DNA of 64,000 bases from Chloroflexota bacterium (GTDB lineage: Bacteria > Chloroflexota > Dehalococcoidia > DSTF01 > RBG-16-68-14), in assembly GCA_003228685.1 (NCBI GenBank), contig QIFC01000116.1, forward strand, positions 9,800 through 73,799. Reading direction: 5' to 3'. The position numbers and the translations under genes are program-made. The stretch's first letter is position 1. Each line of letters starts with the position of its first letter. This document shows, in pieces, positions 10,119-17,328 of the stretch. A model generated the notes under the pieces. That model ran no database searches. It had not been told where the DNA came from and worked only from the letters and a program-made list of their open reading frames with translations.

Positions 10119-10966
10119 CGGCAGAGATTCGCCAGGCGCGCGCGGAGGATGTTCCTGAGCTGGGACGCGTCTGCTACGAAGCCTTCAAGGACCTCTGTGA
10201 CCGCCACGGATTTCCGAGCGACTTCGCGAGCGTCGAATTCGCGCAGCAGGTCATCGGCATGCTGGTCGCGCAGGAACAGGTCTACAGCATCGGCGCCTTT
10301 GACGGAGACGCCGCCAAAGGCTCGAACTTCATCAACATGTGGGGCGAGGTCGCCGGCATCGGCCCTATCTCCGTCGACCTCGCCGCCCAGGGCGAAGGCA
10401 TCGGCAGGAGGCTGATGGCTGACGTGATCGGGGCGGCGCGCGAGCAGGGGCACGACATGGTCCGGCTCTGTCAGGACTCCTTCAACATGCAATCGCTCGC
10501 GCTCTACACGTCCATGGGATTCGATACCAAGGAGCCGCTGGCCTATCTAGCGCTGTCCAGCGAAGGGCAGCCCGACCCCGGCTTCAGGCCGGCCACGGCA
10601 GCCGATTTCGATCAAATGGACGATCTGTGCCAGAGCATCTACCACGTCAGTCGCAGAGGCGACTACGAGGCCTTCCTCTCGCTGGGTTTCCCGATGTTCG
10701 TCCTCGACCGCGGGCAGATCGTTGGCTATCACATCGGCTCAGCGTTGGGCCACGGCGTCGCGGAGACGGCCGAAGACCTGCTTACACTGCTCGCCGGATA
10801 CGGCGCCAACGTTCCTAGCGCGCATTCCTTCGTGCCGATCCGGGATGGAGCGTTGTACCGGGGCGCGCTGGCCGCGGGACACCGCAACGTCAAGGTGATG
10901 AACCTGATGGCACTCGGCCCGTATGAGGAGCCGCAGGGCACCTACGCGCCATCGGTGATGTTCTAG
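10115..10966 (+). CDS. GNAT-family N-acetyltransferase
   Basis: Start re-picked at GTG 10115, which overlaps the LLM stop (GTGA coupling). Motif-A-like segment GEGIGRRLMADVIGAAREQG. The upstream 86 codons of track ORF 9857.. overlap the LLM gene in another frame. Confidence 0.65.
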   Translation: MTAEIRQARAEDVPELGRVCYEAFKDLCDRHGFPSDFASVEFAQQVIGMLVAQEQVYSIGAFDGDAAKGSNFINMWGEVAGIGPISVDLAAQGEGIGRRLMADVIGAAREQGHDMVRLCQDSFNMQSLALYTSMGFDTKEPLAYLALSSEGQPDPGFRPATAADFDQMDDLCQSIYHVSRRGDYEAFLSLGFPMFVLDRGQIVGYHIGSALGHGVAETAEDLLTLLAGYGANVPSAHSFVPIRDGALYRGALAAGHRNVKVMNLMALGPYEEPQGTYAPSVMF

Positions 10967-11340
10967 ATCAGGCCCGAGAGCGCGGCCACGAACGTTTTCG
11001 GATCCTCAAGCGAGACCGTGATACAGGTGTGGTTGGCGAACCCCCACACGCGCAGGGTCTCCTTCAATCGAATGTCGACGATGCCATCGTATGAACCGGT
11101 CAGTCCGAACCGTTCGCCGAAGCCAATCCGCCACCCGATACCCCGCCACCACGCCCATTCAGATTCCTCAACGCTCTCAATATCTTCGAGACGAAGCGTG
11201 TTCTGATAGAAGTAGCCGAACCGGACGGCGAGAGACTCGCCGCTAATCTCCAAATAGGAGTTCGACTGCCTGGCGCCAAGTAGCAGTAGTACTGGACGCC
11301 AGACCGGATCCAACCTCATTGCGAATCGCGTTCCGCTCAT
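10963..11340 (-). CDS. hypothetical protein
   Basis: 125-aa ORF with a 4-nt overlap with the upstream DUF1028 gene. No family recognised. Confidence 0.45.
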   Translation of the reverse strand: MSGTRFAMRLDPVWRPVLLLLGARQSNSYLEISGESLAVRFGYFYQNTLRLEDIESVEESEWAWWRGIGWRIGFGERFGLTGSYDGIVDIRLKETLRVWGFANHTCITVSLEDPKTFVAALSGLI

Positions 11341-12011
11341 GACTTCTCTGCCTCCAGCTTCCTTGCTTGCAGATCTCGTGCTTCGGCCAGCACTTCCTGA
11401 AAGTGCCCGATCACCATGTCGCCGAGACGGCGCAACTCCGCCACAGGGTCTGTATGTTGGTCGACTCGAATGTCTATCTTCGAAAGATGGTCGTCATGCC
11501 GCAAGGGCGCAACGAGGAGCGCCGCGGACTCACGCCCGCGCTTGTCGCCGCCTGCCGCCTGGCCGGCTTCTAACGCGCGGATCAAGCGCTCGCCCAGGAA
11601 CCCCTTGGAACCCTCGAACGCCTCGGCCATCGCATTGATAGTGTCTTCGCCGACAAGCATGTTTCCCTGCACAGAGTAGTGCTCGCCTTCATGCGAGCCG
11701 TACCAGTCCACGCAGCCGTCTCCAGAGTAGACGTACGGCGTGTTGTCGCGGTCGATGCCGGCGACCTGACGCAGACTCGCCTCTTCGTCTTGCACGAGCA
11801 GCGATATCAGCGCCGCCTCCGAGGTGAGCCCCAGCTCTATCAGCTTCAGGCCATCAACGCCAAGCCTCACGTTCGTGAACGACTGAGTCGCGATCGCGCC
11901 GACGCCCGGCTTCACGTGCGGGACCATGGCGCCTACGCAGGGCACAGCCGTCGAGACCGCGACACCGAAGTGCCCCGTCTCAGGATCGCGCGCGATGATA
12001 GAAAACGTCAT
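11337..12011 (-). CDS. DUF1028 family (Ntn-hydrolase fold) protein
   Basis: MTFSIIARDPETG.FGVAV.T....VGA.VPH..PGVGAIATQS N-terminus is characteristic of DUF1028. Confidence 0.75.
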   Translation of the reverse strand: MTFSIIARDPETGHFGVAVSTAVPCVGAMVPHVKPGVGAIATQSFTNVRLGVDGLKLIELGLTSEAALISLLVQDEEASLRQVAGIDRDNTPYVYSGDGCVDWYGSHEGEHYSVQGNMLVGEDTINAMAEAFEGSKGFLGERLIRALEAGQAAGGDKRGRESAALLVAPLRHDDHLSKIDIRVDQHTDPVAELRRLGDMVIGHFQEVLAEARDLQARKLEAEKS

Positions 12012-12021
12012 GCTGATGCTC

Positions 12022-12540
12022 CTAGCGACCGCCCAACGTTACCGTATCCAAGACCTTGGTCGCCACGTCGCCGACTTCGTCATCCATGTCTAACTCGATT
12101 AACGACGCGGGTGCGTTCGCCTTGTCCGCTTCCGCCAGATCCCACCACTCCTCAATCTGACGGGGCTCAATGCCCTTACCGCGTCCTTCGTTTCGTGCTA
12201 GGGCGACATCCTTTGAAACGCGGCAATAGAAATCGACAACGATCGCTTGTCGTTGTAACGCCAGCTTGCGCACCTGTTCAAGCGCTCCTCGCTCCTCCGA
12301 CGAGACGATCAGTCCCTCTACGATGACGTTGTAGTTCCGACGCAGGTAGTTTGAAGACAGAGCGACGACGTTCTCGAATACAACGGCCTTATTGTCCTCT
12401 CCCGGCACGATCGACCAGTTGAAGAGGTCCGTGTCTATGACCGCTGTCTTGGACGGGGAGCGTCGTTGAATCTCTCTTGCCAGCGTACTCTTACCGGAGG
12501 CCGCCGGGCCGCGAAGGATGATGCAGAACTGAGCAGGCAT
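12022..12540 (-). CDS. P-loop kinase/ATPase (AAA_33-like)
   Basis: Walker A GPAASGKST near the N-terminus. Small size. Locally lower GC. Confidence 0.6.
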   Translation of the reverse strand: MPAQFCIILRGPAASGKSTLAREIQRRSPSKTAVIDTDLFNWSIVPGEDNKAVVFENVVALSSNYLRRNYNVIVEGLIVSSEERGALEQVRKLALQRQAIVVDFYCRVSKDVALARNEGRGKGIEPRQIEEWWDLAEADKANAPASLIELDMDDEVGDVATKVLDTVTLGGR

Positions 12541-12565
12541 GTCACGTCAGGGACGACCGGAAGGG

Positions 12566-12982
12566 TCAGTGTGTAGGCCTAAAGCGAATGAGCGTGGCTT
12601 CGTCGCTGACGCGGTCGAAGACGGCCTCAACGGGCATGTCCGTCTTCATGTCATCGGGCTTGCAGTCCACGATGTTCGTCACCAGACGAGGCCCCTCAGC
12701 TAGCTCGACGATCGCGTAATTGTACGGCGTCTCGTCCGCGAACGCCGGGTGGTACTTCTGGTGCATGATTCCATATGTGTACAGCTTCCCGTTGCCGGAC
12801 GCCTGCGCCCATTCCGATTCCGTTGACCAGCAATCGAGGCAGCGTTCGCGACCCGGCAGGCGATACGTCCCGCACTGCGAGCACTTCACGAGCATCAGCT
12901 TGCCCTCGTTCGCGCCATCGAAAAACGGCTTCGATGCCTCGTCAGCGACGGGGATGGGCAGCGTGTACTCTTGGTCTGCCAT
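12566..12982 (-). CDS. DUF35 Zn-ribbon/OB-fold protein (thiolase partner)
   Basis: Start re-picked at ATG 12982 (MADQEY..). CSQCG...P....C..C zinc ribbon followed by an OB-fold-like segment. Sits next to a thiolase-like gene, the usual pairing. Confidence 0.75.
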   Translation of the reverse strand: MADQEYTLPIPVADEASKPFFDGANEGKLMLVKCSQCGTYRLPGRERCLDCWSTESEWAQASGNGKLYTYGIMHQKYHPAFADETPYNYAIVELAEGPRLVTNIVDCKPDDMKTDMPVEAVFDRVSDEATLIRFRPTH

Positions 12983-12993
12983 GAATCGGTTCC

Positions 12994-14184
12994 TTACGCT
13001 GGATGCGGGCTGAGGATCAGCGTGCTGTGATGATCGAGGATGCCGCCGTTCCCGGAGACCAGCACGACGTCGTGTTTCTCCACCTGGCGCTCGCCTCCCG
13101 TCCCTCGGGCCTGCACGATGCCCTCGGAGAGCGGCGTCATACCCCACATGTAGTAGCCGGAGAGCTGGCCGCCGCCCGTGTTCGTCGGCAGCGAACCTCC
13201 GGGTCCAAGCTTCCCGTCCGCGACGAACGGGCCGCCCTCGCCCTTCGCGCAGAAGCCATAGTCCTCCAGCGTCACGAGTACCGTGTACGTGTAGCAGTCG
13301 TAGAGCTGGCAAACGTCGATGTCGTCTATCTCGATGCCCGCCATGCTGAAGGCGCGCTCTTTGGCGATCGGCGCGCCCGTCTGCGTCTCGACATCCCAGC
13401 CGGCTCGCTTCAGATCGCCGGGGTGCCCCTGCCCCATCCCCCAGATGTAAGCCGGCGGCTGTTTCAGCCCCTTGGCCGCCTCCGCTGAGGAGACGATCAC
13501 CGCGACGCCACCGTTCGAAACCAGGCAGCAATCCAGCAGGTGAAGCGGCTCCGCGATCCAGCGTGATGCGTGGTAGTCCTCGATCGTCATCGGCTCGCGC
13601 TGCTGCGCGTGCGGGCTCTTCCGCGCCCACGCGCGCTGCGCAACGGCGATCGCCCCGAAGTGGTCGTTGGTCGTGCCGTACATGCCCATGTGCCGCCGCG
13701 CCGCCAGCGCGTACTGCGCGTTGACGCCGAACATGCCGAAGGCCGTATAGAGACCGGACATGCCCGGCGGGACGTATCCTCCACCGCCAGTGCCGCTATA
13801 GGCGCCTCCACCACCACGACTCTCTCGCAGCGGTGCGTCAGCAAACACACACACCACGTGGTTCGCCATGCCATTCGCGATTGCCAGCGCCGCGTACTGG
13901 ACCATCATCGCCGCCGTCGCCCCGCCCGCCGTCATTCCCGACAGCAGCCGCAGGTTCGTCAGGCCTAGGTGGTTCTGGAGGTCGAGGCCGCCCATCCCCG
14001 GTAACGGCGTGACGCCCGCGTTCACCAGCAGGCCATCGACATCTTCTTTGCGAAGACCGGAGTCCTCCAGCGCGAGCCGGATCGCCTCTGCGGCGAACCA
14101 CGCCGCACTGTGGCCATAGACCTTCCCCTGCTCGGTGATCCCGAGCCCGGAAATAGCCGTCTTTCCCTTGAGGTTCTGAGTCAT
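12994..14184 (-). CDS. thiolase-like (SCP-x/lipid-transfer type) protein
   Basis: Start re-picked at ATG 14184 (MTQNLKGKTAISGLG..). Thiolase-fold pattern with a C-terminal NTGGG.LSG. Confidence 0.75.
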   Translation of the reverse strand: MTQNLKGKTAISGLGITEQGKVYGHSAAWFAAEAIRLALEDSGLRKEDVDGLLVNAGVTPLPGMGGLDLQNHLGLTNLRLLSGMTAGGATAAMMVQYAALAIANGMANHVVCVFADAPLRESRGGGGAYSGTGGGGYVPPGMSGLYTAFGMFGVNAQYALAARRHMGMYGTTNDHFGAIAVAQRAWARKSPHAQQREPMTIEDYHASRWIAEPLHLLDCCLVSNGGVAVIVSSAEAAKGLKQPPAYIWGMGQGHPGDLKRAGWDVETQTGAPIAKERAFSMAGIEIDDIDVCQLYDCYTYTVLVTLEDYGFCAKGEGGPFVADGKLGPGGSLPTNTGGGQLSGYYMWGMTPLSEGIVQARGTGGERQVEKHDVVLVSGNGGILDHHSTLILSPHPA

Positions 14185-14282
14185 ACGTATCCGCTCCCAG
14201 CGCCCACCTACTATGCCGCACTGCGGTTGGTGTCGCAAGATTCGTCGACGCACCTGGCAGCGAGGCTTATCATGAAGAAGCG

Positions 14283-15055
14283 ATGCTTGCGCGGCCCGTA
14301 CTCTTTGCCCTCCTAGGCGCCCTACTGCTCCTTGCCTGCCGCCCCACACCGAGCGAGCCAATCCAGTATCTGCATCGCGAGGACTCGATCATCATTCAGG
14401 TAGTGCCGTCGACACAGACGCGTCTGAGATCGAGCGCCGCCTGGCGGTGCCCGATCTCACGCTCTACGGCGACGGCACGCTGATCTACCAGAGCGGTTCG
14501 GGAGATGGCACGCGATTGCTAGAGACGACGCTGCCGGAGGATGCCGTTCGGGAGCTGCTAGAGGACATCGTGGACGAAGGTTTCCTCGACTTCCTCTACG
14601 AGCAACCAGCGCCGGAAGGCGCGTCCGGCCCAACGACGTTCTTCTACGGCCAAACGCGTGACCGCGCGAACGCCGTCAGCATTCGAGGCGCGAACGATCT
14701 TCTGCCCGAGGACGCCGGCGATGAATTCGACCAGTACCGTAAGGTTCAAGACTTCGTTGAGACGCTTCGCTCGCTCGACCCTGTGGCGCTTGGTGGAACG
14801 AAGTCCGTAGCCTATCTGCCAGAGAGTTATCTGACGGTGTCGACCGAACGTAGCGAGGGAGACGTTACGGAACGCGTCCTGCTGGGCGAGGAAGCTGACG
14901 AGTTGCTCCAAAGCCTAGGTGGAATCGCGGATCTGAGCCTGGAGCAGCTACGCGGACCCCTCACGCTGATGCCGGACGCACTTCCCTCGCAGGAAGTTGG
15001 CATCGCGCCGCTCCTGCCGTTCTACCAGAACTTCCCGGAGTTCGACCTGCAATAG
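14283..15055 (+). pseudogene. lipoprotein gene split by a frameshift (or a sequence error)
   Basis: Track ORF 14283..14483 carries the signal peptide and lipobox (LLLLAC). The body (14447..15055) is in the -1 frame. That frame is open back to 14276 with no start codon, and a sensible protein sequence continues across ~14400. Confidence 0.45.
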
Positions 15056-15056
15056 A

Positions 15057-15089
15057 AGAGAGGCCCTTCCGGGCCTCTCTTGGTGTTTT
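15057..15089 (+). terminator. intrinsic terminator between convergent genes
   Basis: AGAGAGGCCC-TTCC-GGGCCTCTCT, a perfect 10-bp stem, followed by TGGTGTTTTG. Lies 2 nt after the stop at 15055. Confidence 0.75.
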
Positions 15090-15102
15090 GCGTTGGCTCA
15101 CG

Positions 15103-15924
15103 CTAGCAGCAGGTAGCCGCTGCCTTGACGGCGCTGATGTCAGCGCTCGCGAAACCTTTGTTCTCGCCCTGGTTCGTCACTTCGATCTTGATATCCGTGA
15201 AGCCCGCCGAACTCAGCTTGGCCTCGACTTCGCCGATCTCCAGCGCGCCCGCGATGCAGCCGGCCCAGCTTGCGAGATCGGAGGTCTCCTGCTCGGTGGG
15301 CGTGCGCGTCCAGACAATGTCGGACACTCGCATGCGTCCACCCGGCTTGAGGACGCGATGCGACTCGCGGAAGACGGCGTCCTTGTCAGGTGAGAGGTTG
15401 ATGACGCAGTTCGAGATGATCACGTCGAACTGGTCGTCCGGGAGCGGCATCGACTCCATCTCGCCCTTCGTGAACTCGACGTTCGTCGCGCCAACTTTCT
15501 CCAGGTTACGGGCGGCCAGCTCCAGCATGCTGTCGGTCATATCGAGGCCAACGACACTGCCCGACTCACCGACCTGCTGCGCGGCCAGGAAGCAATCGAG
15601 GCCGCTGCCGCTGCCGAGATCGAGGACAGCCTCGCTGGCTCGCAGCTCAGCGATCGCCATCGGGTTGCCGCAGCCAAGCGACATCTCCTGAACCTCCTCC
15701 GGCAAGGTGCCCAACTCCTGGGCGCTGTAGAGTCTGTCGGCCCAGCCTGATGACTCCTCCTGCGGCGCTTCCGAAGCTCCGCAACAGTCGTCGTCCGCAG
15801 ACGCGTCGCCGGACGTGGCCGGCCGCTCTATCGTCTCCGTCTTGCCGAGCTGCTGTCGCGCTCGCGAGCCGTAGTGCTCCTCTACTGCGCCCTTGATCTC
15901 TTCTGCTGTTCGTTCGGTCGTCAT
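15103..15924 (-). CDS. arsM: arsenite S-adenosylmethionine methyltransferase
   Basis: Start re-picked at ATG 15924 (GGAGG upstream). SAM motif VLDLGSGSG. ArsM hallmarks LGCGNP, VIISNCVINL, WAGCIAGAL, an N-terminal CC pair and a C-terminal CC. Confidence 0.75.
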   Translation of the reverse strand: MTTERTAEEIKGAVEEHYGSRARQQLGKTETIERPATSGDASADDDCCGASEAPQEESSGWADRLYSAQELGTLPEEVQEMSLGCGNPMAIAELRASEAVLDLGSGSGLDCFLAAQQVGESGSVVGLDMTDSMLELAARNLEKVGATNVEFTKGEMESMPLPDDQFDVIISNCVINLSPDKDAVFRESHRVLKPGGRMRVSDIVWTRTPTEQETSDLASWAGCIAGALEIGEVEAKLSSAGFTDIKIEVTNQGENKGFASADISAVKAAATCC

Positions 15925-16319
15925 GCTAGGACCTCCTCTTTCGTGTCCGCTGCGTTCAGCTTCATGCCTGCCTCTATTCCGTCCTGTAGAGCGGGCAGCA
16001 CAGAAGTCCAAACTTCCGCTGCCGCTCGAAATGCCGCTCGTCCGCGGTCTGTCAGCTCGCACACCTTGCGCTGCCGCTGGCCCCGCGCCTCCGTGTGGCA
16101 GGTGATATAGCCGCCTTCCGTCAGCTCCCGAATCGTGGGGTAGATCATCGCGTCCGTTGGCTCGCAGCAGCCATCACACGCCTCCGTGACGGCGCGCGCC
16201 AACTCATAACCGTGGCGCGGACGCTCGTTGAGAGCCGCCAAGACGAGAAAGCGTCCCGTCCCGCGGCTGGCAAGCGTCTGCCAGTAGCTCTTTTCCGTCA
16301 GGTCTCGCTTTGTGGTCAT
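15921..16319 (-). CDS. PadR-family transcriptional regulator with a Cys triad
   Basis: Start re-picked at ATG 16319. LVLAALNERPRHGYELA......IYPTIRELTEGGYI is the PadR winged-helix pattern. Unusual CDGCC insert. ATGA overlap with arsM. Confidence 0.7.
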   Translation of the reverse strand: MTTKRDLTEKSYWQTLASRGTGRFLVLAALNERPRHGYELARAVTEACDGCCEPTDAMIYPTIRELTEGGYITCHTEARGQRQRKVCELTDRGRAAFRAAAEVWTSVLPALQDGIEAGMKLNAADTKEEVLA

Positions 16320-16442
16320 ACCTATGCTCCCGATACCTTGCTGCCCTATACCTATGTACACTATATATCTCTTTCCAAGGGATGTCAAGCGGCGGGGGCG
16401 CAGCAAGCGGCGCCCCTACGATGGCGTGGCCGGTGTGAGTGA

Positions 16443-16988
16443 TCATAGGTGGCGGTGGAGGTAGACGAGCCGGCCGAGGCGTTGCGATTGCATGGCTTCA
16501 AGGCAGCGAAGGTTGCGGTCGACGAGGCGGTGGAGGTGGGCCTCGTAGCGGATGATCTTCTTGAGGTCGCTCTTTTGAGGGATGAGGCGCTCGTCGCGTG
16601 TCCGAGCGAGCTGTTCGGGATTCGGGTCGGGCTGGTCGACGTGCTTGGCGACGAGGTCCTCGAGGCCGTGGGGGATGGGCATGAGGCTCATGGGGCCGTG
16701 CCCGGCACTTTCGATGAAGCCGGCGGTGACGGCGACGAGGTGGCGGTCGACGCGGTTGAGCTGCCAGAGTGAGAGGGCGACGCGCCGGGCGAGGACGTGT
16801 TCGAGGCGGCCTTCGGGCAGGAGGCTCTCAAGGATGCCTTCGAGGTGGGCCTCCCAGTCGCGGGGGTCCTCGACGCCGGGGATGACGGGGCTGACCGAGG
16901 TGATACCGTGGGTCACGGCCCGCGTGTTTTCCCTGGACCTGCGCCTCCTGGCGACTGCCTTCCCTGGTGTCTTGTCGCTGTCCTGCAT
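16443..16988 (-). CDS. hypothetical protein
   Basis: 181-aa ORF with AGGAGGG upstream. Basic N-terminus. No family recognised. Confidence 0.45.
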   Translation of the reverse strand: MQDSDKTPGKAVARRRRSRENTRAVTHGITSVSPVIPGVEDPRDWEAHLEGILESLLPEGRLEHVLARRVALSLWQLNRVDRHLVAVTAGFIESAGHGPMSLMPIPHGLEDLVAKHVDQPDPNPEQLARTRDERLIPQKSDLKKIIRYEAHLHRLVDRNLRCLEAMQSQRLGRLVYLHRHL

Positions 16989-17252
16989 GGTCTTCCGCCC
17001 TCCTGTTCCAGCGTTCTTCGAGAACGGCGCTGCTTAGATACGTTAGTTTCGTATTCTTGTGTTTGGCGCTGTGTATGCTTGATGATGGCTGAGCTTCGCT
17101 CAGCTTGGCAGTCGCTGCGGCGACTGCACGATGGTTCGGAGCTGGAAGCTGGCCGCTCGGGGTCCTCATGATAAGTAAGGGTATGCGGGAGGCGGGTTAG
17201 CTCAGAGGGCGTTCTGTCAACAGAGACGTGAGCGGGCCAGCGGATGCGTGGT

Positions 17253-17271
17253 GGCGGGTCTCAGACCCGCC
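17253..17271. repeat. REP-like palindromic element, copy 1
   Basis: GGCGGGTC-TCA-GACCCGCC followed by CCTAC. Same architecture as the copies at 29953 and 47733. Confidence 0.7.
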
Positions 17272-17328
17272 CCTACAGGGCACAGGCCGACTGCGGATGG
17301 GCGGCCCGCGAGCCGCCCGGCACCGGAG

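Noticed and set aside
12983-13630. Upstream 215 codons of track ORF 12566..13630
   Set aside because: They overlap the thiolase-like gene out of frame and give an Arg/Gly-rich, implausible sequence. The DUF35 domain begins at ATG 12982.
17190-17215. tRNA-like words (GGTTAGCTCAGAGGG) in the spacer
   Set aside because: Only a D-arm-like fragment is present. No acceptor stem, anticodon arm or T-arm (GTTCRA) can be assembled around it.
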